A DNA stretch of 49,237 nucleotides from contig NW_005434644.1 of NCBI RefSeq assembly GCF_000315625.1, positions 1 to 49,237 on the forward strand, read 5' to 3'. This DNA comes from Guillardia theta CCMP2712 (taxonomy: Eukaryota > Protista > Cryptophyta). A program made the position numbers and the translations under genes. Shown here piece by piece: positions 21,904-34,823 of the stretch; the stretch's first letter is position 1, and each line of letters starts with the position of its first letter. The notes beneath the pieces were generated by a model. The model was not told the origin of the DNA and ran no database searches. It saw only the letters and a program-made list of their open reading frames with translations.

Positions 21904-24740
21904 TCACCTCTCCATCGTGGCTGCTACTATCCCCCTTCCTCCTTCCTCCCCCCCTCCCCATCCTTCTCCCCGTTCGATTACCTGATGCGCTTCCAAACTG
22001 TCGCAATAGAGTTTCGAGCCTGAGACTTTGACTTCAGACATACCCCAGCTATGGCTCAACTCAACTCGCCTCTTGTTCATCATGTTGGCTCCTTGAAGTT
22101 GACCCTCCAGCTCCTGCACCCGCTTGTAGAGCGCCATCAGCTTCGCTGCGCCTGCGGTTGGCTGTAGTGAGCGCAAGGCGGTCCTCCTGTCCAACCCGAT
22201 CCAAACTCCTCCTTTCTCGGTCTACATTCCTCCTCTCCCTTCTTGATCAGTTTGTCTTGCTCACATCAGGGCTCTACCTGCTCCGCTCTCCGAAGAGACT
22301 TGCATCATCGCCTCCTCCACGATGCCCGCGGCAGTGAGCGTAGCCCTCTCCTGCTCCTCGAAAGCATCCTCCAGCTTCTTCAACCGCCCAAGGAGGAGCT
22401 GCTTCTCTCCGAGGCTCTGAGACAGCTGGCTCTGAGATAGCGTGTGAGAAGACGAGCAGGTGGGTGGACAAGACCTCGAGGACGGCGACTCGATTGCTCA
22501 GCACAAGGTTGCTCTCCTTGCTGTCCTTGAGCTCTCTTCGCACTTCAGCAAGCATCTCATGCTTGACGTTCATCTGCCCTGCTGTCAAAGTCGTGACGTC
22601 ATCGACCAGCACCGGGTCACCTCCTCCACCAGGCTCTCATGCTTGCTCTCCTACATGCAACTCGCGTCACTTCTCTGCCTCGTCCCTCCTCCAGCCCTCA
22701 CGTTCACGATCTTCTTCCACATCCTCAAAAATCGCCCGCGCCGCAATGCGACGATCTTCTTGACGCACCTTGACAGTTGTGAAAACTAGAGCGACGCCCC
22801 TTGGACTCACCTCAGCGATCGCTTCAGAGACAGCAGGTGCCTCGCATACCCCACCGACCAGCGTTCGAAAGCTTCGAAGACGACGCTCCTCAGATGCCGA
22901 AACGCCAGCGCTCTGCAAGTTTGTGACATGCAAGGACAAAGAGTGTGACTCGGGACCTGACAGAGCCAAACTTGTATCGGCAGTGATACCACTGACCCAT
23001 GATCGCCTTCAGCTTCGTTCTCTCAGCTCTGATCTGATCTCAAAACAAGTCACTTTGATCCCCACACCCACAGCATCGACTTGTAACTTCGTCCCCTTCC
23101 GCAGCCGAAATCTGGATGACTTGTCATGGCAGTCGCACATGATAGACTTACTTGGCCAGTCGGCAGTTGCCACTCCAACGCCGAAACATCTTGTGAAACC
23201 GACCCTTGTCTGCAGAGAAAATAAAGAGCCTGCGAGGTTCATCATGACGATTGAACAACGTCCAAGATTCTCAGACTTGATGTGCTGACGTCGCTTGATA
23301 AAAAGCTTCCACTCGTGAAAGTATGCTTCACTGAATTGCTTGAATATTCCGCTGAAAATGTACTAGAGCAGCGTCAGAGGACTTCAAGGAAGTTGGTGCT
23401 GATAGACCCGAAATTTCGACAGCAAATTTCTGCGGGAGAACATTAGAATTTCATCTGAGGTTTGCTCTCTTGCCTGTTGTGTGTTGGAACCATCCTCCAT
23501 TGCACCAGGACTTTTCTCAGGAACTTGTCTGTGGGCAAGTCAGCAAGAAGCAGAGGCGGCGCTTCGAGGCACAGCTCGACCACGCTAGTCGTGTTAGTCT
23601 CACTCGGGCGATGCGAGAGGGCCTTGGCATGCTTCCTCGCCTTCAGTCTCGCCTGGCTGGTAGAGACACGCCAGCGCTTGAAGGCGACGAGCTTGACGAG
23701 GACGACATGCTTCAAGTAGATCCTCTCATAGCAGCGAGCGAGGACGCGCCTCCGACGAGCCAACCTCGTCCATGCATGCAAGCAGGTCTGCAGAATGAGC
23801 TTCGTGCGAACACGGAAATCTACTTCCATCAAGGACGTGAGCTTGTTCCGTAATTTGCTCTTCATCTCGATCACGTATCGACCATGCTGTAGCACGTGTT
23901 GCCCCCTGTCGAGCTGCTCGCCGAAGAGAATGCTCTCAGGCGAGATGTCATGCAGGTTTTGTCCGGTCAGACGAGCGACAACGATAAGAGCCTGATTCAT
24001 GTAGCTCTCCGATTTGAGACGAAGCTCCGTCTCCGCCCTGACCTGGTCCACCAGCTTGTCCCTGCCACCATGTCAAGAACATGCGCGCCCGTCCAAGTCG
24101 ACCTTCTCTCTGTGATCTGACGGATCTGCATGGAGCTCTGGAGCTGAGCGAACAGACGTCAGGACGTACTCTACGGGTCGGGTCTTGACTTGCCTGAAGT
24201 CGCTCGTACTGGTCGCAGAGCTCGTTCAGCTGACCTCGCGCCGCGTTCAGTGCCTCCTCGTAGTTGCTGCGCACCTTGTTCAACTCTTCCTCAAAGTTCT
24301 CTTTCAGCATCTGATAACTTGACGTGTCCACTGCCGCGCTCCTCGCGGGCATGCCACTTCCCTGCATGGTCTCCTGCGCACTGACATCTGGACCTCGCAC
24401 GTCCAAGAAAGCAAGAGCTGTGTCCACATTGCGCTTGGCGTCATCAGCGACGCGATGATACTGCTGGAGGATCTCTGCTGTCCTCTGCTGCCTCTGCCTC
24501 GACTCCTCGGAGAGGCCTTGCGCCTCTGTGACTGCAGCGTGCATGCCCCGCGCTATCCCTGGACCTCTGTCCTCTGTGAATCTCTTCAACCCTTCCCAAC
24601 TCTTCACTTCCTGCTGCTGCTGCTGTACATCCTCCTCCTCCTGCCCGTGCTCGCGTCCTTGCACGTACCCCCTAGCTAGAGCCAGAGAGAGTCGAGCCCG
24701 GGTCTCCTCGCTTTTGACGCCGGAGGTTTGACAAGTTCAC
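21904..24740 (-). CDS. Large multi-exon coiled-coil protein with Sfi1-like [F/L]xxW repeats (ends approximate)
   Basis: Coiled-coil exons plus repeated motifs CLHAWTR, AFKRWR, VLVQWR, YFHEWK, MFRRWS, IMGQWY, AFERWS and FLRMWK. Confidence 0.6.
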
Positions 24741-24799
24741 TGCAACGGCTAAAAACCGGCGGAAGAGAAAGGAAGGAGGTAAACCAGGACAAGTATAAG

Positions 24800-25190
24800 T
24801 GCGAAGGAGAGAAGAGAGGGATGAAGAAGAAGGAGAGAAGAGAGGGATGAGGAAGAAGGAGAGAAGAGAGGGATGAAGAAGAAGGAGAGAAGAGAGGGAT
24901 GAAGAAGAAGGAGAGAAGAGAGGGATGAAGAAGAAGGAGAGAAGAGAGGGATGAAGAAGAAGGAGAGAAGAGAGGGATGAAGAAGAAGGAGAGAAGAGAG
25001 GGATGAGGAAGAAGGAGAGAAGAGAGGGATGAAGGAGGAGGAGAGAAGAGAGGGATGAAGAAGAAGGACAGAAGAGAGGGATGAAGAAGAAGGACAGAAG
25101 AGAGGGATGAAGAAGAAGGAGAGAAGAGAGGGATGAAGAAGGAGAGAAGAGAGGGATGTAGAAGAAGGAGAGAAGAGAGGGATGAAGGAG
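24800..25190. repeat. 26-bp polypurine minisatellite (GAAGAAGAAGGAGAGAAGAGAGGGAT), about 15 copies
   Basis: Read directly. Confidence 0.92.
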
Positions 25191-25749
25191 ATCAACTTGA
25201 GTGTAAGAAGATGAGAATCACGCTAGGAGAGACAAGGTCAGTAGAAAGTGAGGCAGCTCAAAGCTTTAGATCGAGACAGAATTATATGTAGCAATCTGTA
25301 TTCTTTGTGTAAGATAGTGAGGTACAGTTTGAAGAATTTTACTTGCAGCATCGTTTGTTGCCTAATGCACAAGATGTAGTCAGTTTGGAGTTGTTACTTG
25401 TCATTCCAATGCTAGAGGAAGATCCTGACTTTGATGGTTTCCTGTAATACGTGACATCCTTATTCAAATATCTACCTGTCATAGAATACTGAAATTTGCT
25501 CCGGTTTGTCCTTCTTTTTCAGTCAATGAAATTTCCACTTGTGATGATATACTACAATTTCTCTGTTATAGAACACCTATATTTCTGATGATGAAACATA
25601 CGTAAAATGTGATGTCTTTATACAGAATTCTGCAGATCACGACATATTTACATTTCTATTGGTGATACAAGACTTAGATTTCTATTAGCAATAACGGACT
25701 TCAAATTTCATTTCAGCCAAGTTGACCAAGTAGTCCCCGCAGTCTACCA

Positions 25750-27298
25750 TTACCTTCCGATTTTCTTGCGGAACTTGATGGCAGCCAAGGAGGATGCGGT
25801 TGCTACAGTGAACGAAGTCTTCTTGCGCTGAGAGGACGCTGGGAGCGTCCTGCGCGACTGAGTCCTCGCCATCCTAGACCCTTTTGATCTCGATCGAAAC
25901 ACTTCCAGCAGCTCCCTCACAAGCCCCGACCGCAGCCCCCGAAAGAGCAGCAGCCGCATCCTCGACCTCTTCACGCGTCGCAGATCACGCAGCACATCTG
26001 CCTCCTCCTTGTTGTAGTCAGACGCGTCGATCGCTGACTTCTTCTCGTCCCACAAGAGCTCGTCCGCAGCTTGCACTGTTCGCAGAGCGAGAGAGGAGCG
26101 GGGCTGTCCCGTCCACTCCTCGATCGTCTCCATGCCGAGGGAGAGGGTCTGAAGGAGTGAGTCCCAGTCAGATCCCAGCGAGAGGATGTAGGAGAGCATC
26201 TCGTTGGAAAAGGCAGCCGGTTGAGCGAGCATCATCAAGCCGCGACGAAACGTGAGTGTGAGCTGCTGGTCGACGTGCTGGGGAATGCTTCCCCACCGCA
26301 CTTGTCGGGAGGTCTTGACTTTATCAAGGAGAGCGTGGGTCAGGCGATCGATCTCGTGCTTCCACGTTATCTGGTCGGCGTTGAACTTCTTTTTTATTCT
26401 GATGGCCTTGAGCTACAAGGCTCGGGTTAGCACAACCTCTCGTTTGCCAAACACCACAGCCCTCACCTCTGACTCCATCTGCGCGATCTGCTCGTTCAAC
26501 TTTACAAGCTCGTTCGATCGCGCCAGCATTCCTCGAACTTGGATGAACTGCCTTGTCGGGAACACAACCCTCACAATGCTGTCCGGATCCTCGAACTCAT
26601 CTCCCCACTCGTCTACCTCTTGTTTGGTTTTCTCTGTGTCCTGTGCAGTCTTGGCAGGAGGCTCCACGTGTGTCTCGCTCGGCTGACTCTCTGCATGTTC
26701 ATGACTGTGAGATTGTGAGAAGAATTTCAGAGGAGACGCCACGGACGGGTCTGGAGTCAAGGGAGATTCCAAGTCCGACAGGTCCTGCGGGAAGGCAGCG
26801 CTATCTCCGAGACATCGCATCTTCTCCTTAATCTCCTCCTTGACCTTCTCATAGTTTGGAACAATGTTGCTGATGATGGACAGATGACTCAGCGTACTCT
26901 TCAGCGCCGCCATTTTCTGTGATAATATCACAATCATCATCGGCCCGAAGTTGACAAAAAATAGAACAGCTCACCTCCGCGTTGACGTTCATACTTTGAT
27001 ATTTGATAACACGTATGGACAGGCAAACTTTATTCTCGTTTGCTGTTTACCCGCCAACTACTGCCAGGGGGGTCTTTGCGCGTTATCAGGCCCCATGTTA
27101 GCCCTCTCTCCTCTCTCAACTTTCAGTTTGATATCTGAATGTTTCAGGCGCTTGTCTTACGGTCCTCTCTCCTCTCTCAACTTTCAGTTTGATATCTGAA
27201 TGTTTCAGGCGCTTGTCTGTGTCGTCTTGGTCTTTGTCTTTGTTTTCGTCTTCCTCCTCCCTTGTACGCGCGCGCAGGCTCGGATGCACCTGATCCAC
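25750..27298 (-). CDS. Hypothetical multi-exon protein (may continue through 25.2-25.7 kb)
   Basis: Protein-like exons 26413-26915 and 25750-26250 with GT/AG boundaries and biased codons; no recognised domain. Confidence 0.55.
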
Positions 27299-28088
27299 CC
27301 TGGCGGTCGGACCATGAACAACGGCCGGGCTAGCGGAAGTTCGACCCGGAGTCGGCCCGCCTGGCAGGTCTCCGGTTTAGTGATACCGGACTTCCGACCT
27401 AAAGTATTCCCGCCAACATTTTTTAGTGACCCCTACCTGCATCGACCACCAACCTTGCATACCCCACCTCCTGTTTGACCTCTATCTGTGGTAGCCTCTG
27501 GGGGTACCTTATACCCACCCCACCCCCGTCAGTCCTCTTCTGTTGGTGCGGCCCCTCTTGTTGTGGGTCGTGACTCAGTTGAAAGCGCGCCGGCGGGAAA
27601 AACACGGGGAGGGTGACTAGGGGTGGGGTGGTGGGTTGATGGACGGGTACGTCCCTGACAGATCGGTACCGGTAGTGTTGTAGAAGGGGGTAGGTCATGG
27701 TCGAATAGGGTGGGGGAGGGAAAAAAGGGGTGGGGGCAAAGTCGGAAGTGCTACAAAAAGCAAGAGAGCGCGAGAAAGCGCGAGGAGAACGCGGGAGTAA
27801 GACGATCAAGAAAGAGACGCTGATAGCAAATCAATACCAGCGACACTTGTTTCTCCATCAGAGTAGAGAGCATGAGAACCAAGACCTGTCCTTGTGTGAA
27901 ATCGATAGCGAAACTTGCAGATAATCGATTTGAGAGCACGTTGATAATGAAAGAGAAGCAAAAACCTTGTAAGTAGAAGACAAGATAGCCACAAAGAGAG
28001 CTTCAAACTATCAACTCATGCATACTAAGATCAGAAATTGCCAAGCATACCTTTGAATCGACCGATGAATTGACATTCTTCCTTGCAG

Positions 28089-28541
28089 ATGTCGGTTGTA
28101 AACTACGAAGATCCCGATCTTTCCTTCCTTGCATTCGAAGACTCCCATGTTTTTGGCCTGCCAATCCTTGAGTCTCTTGAGAGAGATGACAGCCAGACAG
28201 AGTTGGAATGCTCGCCGCAAGATTTCGATTGGGGATGCACAGCAAGGGCATCGGACAAAGACCCCCGGGAGAACAACCGGGTATCATCCGAGCAAGGCTA
28301 CAAATACATCGAGACATATGCTTCAATCTTCTCCGCTGTTTCCTCATGCAAGGATGATTGCGAATCGATTTCGCTGGGAATGCCAACCTTTTCCTTGCCG
28401 CCACCGCCATCGCCGTCTCCAGCGAAGAAGCGAGGTAGGATGGTGAAGCTTTCTAGCGGCATCACACGGATCTGTGGAAACAAAATCTTGGAGCACATCT
28501 CGCCGGATGAAGCGAAGAAGAGGAAGCTAAACTGCTTCTAG
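28089..28541 (+). CDS. Small hypothetical protein with basic NLS-like motifs
   Basis: 150-aa ORF containing PAKKRGR and ending AKKRKLNCF. Confidence 0.5.
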   Translation: MSVVNYEDPDLSFLAFEDSHVFGLPILESLERDDSQTELECSPQDFDWGCTARASDKDPRENNRVSSEQGYKYIETYASIFSAVSSCKDDCESISLGMPTFSLPPPPSPSPAKKRGRMVKLSSGITRICGNKILEHISPDEAKKRKLNCF

Positions 28542-28952
28542 AGATCTACAAAGCGAGCTGAATGTGCTGCTTTAAGACAATTTTCAGTAAACATTTCTTG
28601 ATCGCTGTTGTAATTTGTATTGACACTGTGGCCAGTGATCCACATGAATTCATGACCATCTCCTGATAATCGCCAATATTTTCATCTTCTTTCTCTCCAT
28701 CAGTCATCATCATCACCACCACCACCACCATCACCACTGGCATCGTCGTCGTCTGATCCTTCGCCTGGCCCGGTTTCAACACTGTCGGCGTCACGAGTCC
28801 TTGCAGTGCACTGCCGCAAGTTTCACAGCGGCCGAAAATATTGACTGAAACATTTGGAGGACAGCGATAATCTTATACTTTAAAGGCCATTTGCATCACC
28901 ATATGGGTACAAAGGCAGCAAAACCGGTTTGACCAGGCCCAACGGGTATCAA

Positions 28953-31160
28953 ATGGTCAAGGTTGCAATCAGGAAGCCCGAGGAGGAGGAGAAGGAGGAG
29001 GCCGAGAAAGCGAGGGGAAGGAGGAGGAAGATGATGTGGATGTTGGTTTACTGTCTCTTCCTCTCTTTGATCACTTCAAGCTCTCTCCTCCTCTACCCCA
29101 TCGAGGAATATCGGGACCAACTGGCTCTCACTCGCCTCACCGTCGACCAGGAGCCGACGCCTCTCCTTCCCTTCCATCACGACCTGCTCAACATCTCCTC
29201 GGTGGACGATATGTGGCGTTGGTTCATCAGCGTTCTCCCTCATCTCATCAACATTCCCTCCTTGAACTCCACCGTCGCTCTTGCCAAGCCCTCCAGGCTC
29301 ATGCTCCAGAGCCCGCGGCTGCGACAAGTGAGGGTAGCCAAGCAAGCATGCGACGTTCCTAGTAGGATGTCTGAGCATGCGACTGCTCCCGACGTTGCCG
29401 TGAATGTCCAAGCGAAAGAGGACGAATGCATAGGTGACGTCGCAGGCGGAGCTGTCGACAGGTCCCCGTGGAGGGGAGTTAGCTGGAATGGCTCCCACGT
29501 GCAAGAACAAGTCCTGCTGTACAGATCAGCATCCGAGCTCCTCACGCACTCCTTCACTTCCATGCAGTCATCGTCCTCCACCTCGTATGAGGGCGGAGGG
29601 TTCGTGATCGACTTGCCTAGGGAGCAAACGGAGAAGGTCGTCACGTCTGTGTTGACTGGGCTGCGAGAGATCGGATGGGTGGACGATAAGTCCAAGGCGA
29701 TCTTTCTGAGCTGGACTGTCTACGATATGCTGGAAAATGTCGCCTCCTCCAACCTCATCCTCTTCGAGCTGAGGGAGAGCGGGAGCGTCCGGGTCGTCAC
29801 GTCCTACCGAAGCACCAAGGTCATAGGGCTGTCATCCTTCATCACAAGAGAAGTGGCTGTGCTGACGATGAGAGACCGTGCGGCTGTCGTTGTTGACCTC
29901 CTTCTCCTCCTGGTCACGCTTGTGTCCCTCCTTTCCCTATCTGTGTGGATGTTGAGATCTGCGGGAAGAGAGACTGTTTCCAAGCACGGCATCGACGTCG
30001 TCATCGTTTTTCTTCTCATCACGATGTTGGGATTCAAGATTGCAAAGTGGATCTCATGTGAGAGATTGCTGAGTGGCAAACAGGACTGGATGGACTTTGA
30101 ATATCTTGGTTGGGTTGACAAACAGATCAGAAACTTCTTAAGCTTGGTTGTAATCTTTTCGTGGTTGAGAGGGCTGGAGTACCTCAAAGAATTCAGCAGT
30201 CACATCGATTACATCTCCAATGCCTTTATCTTGTGCAAGTCAAACATGATCTCCATGAGTATCTTGCTCCTGATCCTGCTCTTTGGGTTTGCCACGGCAT
30301 TTCACGTGTCTTTCGGGACCATCGCCCCCGAGTACAAGCACATCTTCGATTCCTTTACCACCGCCTTCAAGAGCTTGCTTACCGGCGTCAGCTTCGACGA
30401 TGTGGTCAGAAACAACCCAGTCTTAGGCAGCATCCTGGCTCTCTTGTACACAATCACGTGCGTTGTCATAATCTTGACGGTGTTCACCACCATCATTGCG
30501 GATGCGTACGATCAGACATCGAGGAGGGACACCCGCAACTTGACTCCGATGCAACGGCAGCTCCTGTCCTTGTTCATAACCTTACATGCGCGAGTCAGAC
30601 AACGTCCCGGCAGATCGGATGGCGAACCTCAAAGGCTCGTAGTGCTGAGTATCGACGACGAAAATTTGCATTTCGATGCTCCTCCGATGGGCACGAAGGA
30701 GCTTGAGGAGAGCTCGGGCAAGCAGCTGCAGGAGCATTTTCACCTGCTCGATGAGCAAGAAGCTCAAAACTTACGCTCTCGGCTAATTGCAAGAAGGGAG
30801 TTCAAAGAGAAATTGCAGCTTCTTGCAATCCAGGTGATGTTTCCTCCTGCTCCCGCTGCTCCGTCCGCTTTTCCAATTTCCCCCTGTCCCTGTACCTGCT
30901 CCTCACTGTGCACATGGGGTATGCTTCGCAGGAGCTGGAAGACTGGACGTCGGCAGAGCTAGCGCAAGGTCCCCTTCCTGTTCACTTGCAGTCCGCGTCG
31001 GAGAAGATGGCGAGTATGACGAGGGATGCGAGCAAGGTGGAGAAGGTGAGGGTTTGAGGATTTGGTGCTGTTGAGAACAGCTGACGGTGCTCGAGCAGGC
31101 GACAAAGGAGCTGATGATGTACCTGAAGCGCATCGAGAGAGTTCTCGTTCCTACTCCGTG
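28953..31160 (+). CDS. Polycystin-2 (PKD2/TRPP)-family cation channel (3' end approximate)
   Basis: TM1 followed by polycystin-domain motifs PRLRQVRV...C and YEGGGFVIDLP...L..IGWVDDKSKAIFLSWTVYD..N. Five further TMs, a pore segment (FHVSFG..PEYKHIFDSFTTAFKSLL) and an S6 ending IIADAYD. Coiled-coil exons follow the donor at about 30834. Confidence 0.9.
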
Positions 31161-31359
31161 AATGGTGGGACGAGGGAAAGATGTTTCGATGTGATGGTCA
31201 GATCTTGCCTCACAACCGCCAACGACATTACAAGACACTCGTTGATGTATTTTACAAATTGTATGTATTATTGATCTAATCCAAAGCTCTGTCTCTATCT
31301 TCTCTTCCCCTCTCCACAATTCGACACCTCTATCGTATCTAACCTTCGCTTTCATCCCT

Positions 31360-31811
31360 TACTATTCCTATTCCTTGTCTTCGTTCACTTCCTTTCCTAC
31401 CAAATACAGGTACTCATCCCCCATCGTCATTCTCCTTTCTTCTCTGTCTCTTCATCGTCCTCCTCCTCCTCCTCCTCCTCCTCCTCCTCATCATCATCAT
31501 CATCATCATCATCGTCATCCTCGTCATCATCACCGTCTCAACGAAAGTTGAGAGAGTTGTGCTCTCTCTGGCGAGTCTGATGGAAATTTCTACTGCTGAC
31601 AAAATCTTTCTGCCTTACTATCTCTATTCCTTGTCTTCGTTCGCTTCCTTTCCTACCAATACAGGTACTCATCCCCCATCGTCATTCTCCTTTCTTCTCT
31701 GTCTCTTCATCATCATCATCGTCCTTCTCCTCCTCATCGTCGTCGTCGTCGTCGTCGTCATCATCATCATCGTCATCATCGTCATCATCGTCATCATCGT
31801 CATCGTCATCA

Positions 31812-31844
<33 letters not shown>

Positions 31845-31862
31845 TCACCATCACCATCATCC
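31360..31862. repeat. Direct duplication of about 100 bp (31360-31457 and 31615-31712), each copy followed by TCR/TCC trinucleotide runs
   Basis: Near-identical sequence CTATTCCTTGTCTTCGTTC.CTTCCTTTCCTACCAA(A)TACAGGTACTCATCCCCCATCGTCATTCTCC... occurs twice. Confidence 0.85.
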
Positions 31863-32337
31863 ANNNNNNNNNNNNNNNNNNNNNNNNNNNNNNNNNNNNN
31901 NNNNNNNNNNNNNNNNNNNNNNNNNNNNNNNNNNNNNNNNNNNNNNNNNNNNNNNNNNNNNNNNNNNNNNNNNNNNNNNNNNNNNNNNNNNNNNNNNNNN
32001 NNNNNNNNNNNNNNNNNNNNNNNNNNNNNNNNNNNNNNNNNNNNNNNNNNNNNNNNNNNNNNNNNNNNNNNNNNNNNNNNNNNNNNNNNNNNNNNNNNNN
32101 NNNNNNNNNNNNNNNNNNNNNNNNNNNNNNNNNNNNNNNNNNNNNNNNNNNNNNNNNNNNNNNNNNNNNNNNNNNNNNNNNNNNNNNNNNNNNNNNNNNN
32201 NNNNNNNNNNNNNNNNNNNNNNNNNNNNNNNNNNNNNNNNNNNNNNNNNNNNNNNNNNNNNNNNNNNNNNNNNNNNNNNNNNNNNNNNNNNNNNNNNNNN
32301 NNNNNNNNNNNNNNNNNNNNNNNNNNNNNNNNNNNNN

Positions 32338-32610
32338 CTAGTCCTCTTTTCTCAGTCTTCACAACCCCTAGTCCCTCCCTTCTCAGTCTTCACAACCCCT
32401 AGTCCCTCCCTTCTCAGTCTTCACAACCCCTATTCCCTTCCTTCCTCCCTCCTCCCCTTCCTTCCTCCCTCCTCCCTCCTCCCTCCTCCCTCCTCCCTCC
32501 TCCCTCCTCCTTCCTCCCTCCCTCCTCCCCCTCCCTCCTCCCTCCTCCCTCCTCCCTCCTCCCCTCCCCTCCCTCCCTCTCCCTCTCCCTCTCCTTCTTC
32601 TCTTCTCTGC
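32338..32610. repeat. 31-bp repeat (3 copies) followed by a polypyrimidine (CCTC)n-like tract
   Basis: CTAGTCCCTCCCTTCTCAGTCTTCACAACCC units read directly. Confidence 0.8.
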
Positions 32611-34766
32611 TTCTCCTCATGGCAAACTTTAGGCGGGCGGGTGCACAACGACAAGGTTGAAAGCTTCTTGGAAAAAACATCTCTCCCTGCTTCAAAGAGG
32701 TTGTTGCCACACGGGTCTTGAGCAACGTTGATTTTGCACTTATCGAAATAGCTTCTACCTCTTCTTCTTGCAAACTCGTTTGTGGTTGGAGTGGCGACGT
32801 TCTCAGACGACTTCAAGTATTATCACCATCTTCATCAGACTTGTCGCCCTTGCTAAAACTCTGAGCAGAGTCCCGTCAACGTATCTTGCAGGGGAGCACC
32901 TTGTTCGCCGGCACTTCGAGCACTTCTTTGGCAAGAGGGTAAGATGTCCACACTTATCTGATGCTTCTTATGCTACCCTGTAAGTTCACGGAAGAGATTC
33001 CGATCGTTGCAGCGTTTCCGGATGTTTACCAGACAGAGAGCAACTACAGGTGAGCGAACCTTGATGCTAATGCCCAGACGCTCAACGTCTTTCCCTCAGA
33101 GCCATCGGACTCGATCGTCCCATGCCGCACAACAAGGAGCATCATCTTGGCTTGCTCTGTGCTACCTTGCTCCTCTCGCCCCTCCTCCAGCTTATCTGAC
33201 TGCAGGTTCGCGATGGAATCTACGTCCGCAGGAGGTGCGGGTGGTATGCACGGCTGCGCATGGTCGGGTGAATTTCAGTACAGGTCGTTCTGATCGATGA
33301 TGACTACTCCAACGTGGACGCGGCGATCCGCCATGGCTACAACGCTATCTTCGTTAGGTAGCATCGCGAGCTGACTTGGACGCAAGGCGTGACTTGTTTG
33401 GTCCTGCTAGGGAGAGGACCGGGCTGCGAGCAGCTGACATTCTCGAGTCAGAGCTAGGCCGCAGGTGAGATGCCAGTGAAGTGAAGGGAGAAAGACTCGC
33501 AAGTCACCTTCCCCTTTCAGTTGAGCAGCCTCGGCCTGCTGTATAGCAGTAGTGTCCGTCCGATCTGAGATGCGACTGCGTGCATCTGTCGGGACCCACC
33601 GGGTAAGGGGCAGCCACTGGCGCTGATCGGATGTCTCTGGGGGTGCCGTACGGTAGCCAGCACAGGGCCGTGCGCAACTTGGTCATCACCGTTCTCGGAG
33701 CTTCCGAAGTTCGAGGCCCGCTGGAAAGGCTCTTTCCGCCGATCTGCCCGGGCACCGCGGGCCGTCCCACAGTGAACAGCACAGTCCGGTCAGGCCCGCT
33801 GACGTTAGGTAGACCCCATGGACTATCAGTACCGTGCCTCCGTTCGGCCCGTGGCAGTCACAGTGCCGCTAGTCTGGCAAACTTAGCCCCGGGCCGCGCC
33901 CGGCGGCCCGGGCCCCGGCTGACGCGGCGCGGGCCCGACTCGGTACTCGGAAAACGTGATAGCTGATCGAACGGTAGTTTCAAGTAAACTAAATGGCATA
34001 GTTACTGAGTCGCCAGTGTGTGAGTGAGCAACTATTCCCCTCCCCCCCCCCAGGGCCCCGGTCACCCGGATCACCGTCCGACGGTCACAAGTACCGTACG
34101 GCCCGGCCGTCCGGGCCGCCGCTGCCGCTGTGCCGGGCCCCGGGCCCGGTCCCCGACCCCATCATTATGGCATCGGACTCCGGGAGCGAGAGGTTCTTTG
34201 AGAGGGGTTGGGGGGCGGAATGCACGAGAGGCAGGTGCGGAAGGGAACATGAAGAGAAGAAGGAGAGGGACAAGTAGGGAAGAGAAGAAGAGAAGAAATG
34301 AGGAGGAAGAGGACGAGAAGAGGAGAAGCAGGAGAAGAAGAGAAGAATAGGAGGAGGAGGAGGAGGAGGAGGAGATGAGAAGCAGGAGAAGAATAGGAGG
34401 AGGAGGAGGAGAAGAAGAAGAAGGAGAAAGAGAAAAGAATAGGAGGAGGAGGAGAGGGAAGGAGGAGGAAAAGAAGAAGNNNNNNNNNNNNNNNNNNNNN
34501 NNNNNNNNNNNNNNNNNNNNNNNNNNNNNNNNNNNNNNNNNNNNNNNNNNNNNNNNNNNNNNNNNNNNNNNNNNNNNNNGTATATGTTGTAATGGATCCG
34601 CAACAAGGCTATCAATTCGTGGTTGTCATTCATTTAAAAGCAAAGAGACACCCAATCAAAGTTTTCAATTCTGCCCAGTGGATAAAAAATTCCCAGCTTT
34701 AGTCAGTTCTAAGTGGCCTTCTAAGATGTTTAGAATAGCTATCTCGTTGGTACTTGTATAGTTATG

Positions 34767-34768
<2 letters not shown>

Positions 34769-34820
<52 letters not shown>
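34769..34820. repeat. (GA)n microsatellite
   Basis: Read directly. Confidence 0.95.

Positions 34821-34823
<3 letters not shown>

Noticed and set aside
24749-25195. 148-aa Leu/Ser/Phe ORF
   Set aside because: It is the translation of the 26-bp minisatellite.
31559-32362. ORFs spanning N runs
   Set aside because: Artefacts of the assembly gap and trinucleotide repeats.
32620-33340. Possible minus-strand multi-exon gene
   Set aside because: Exon-like pieces exist, but I could not build a reliable model or recognise a domain.
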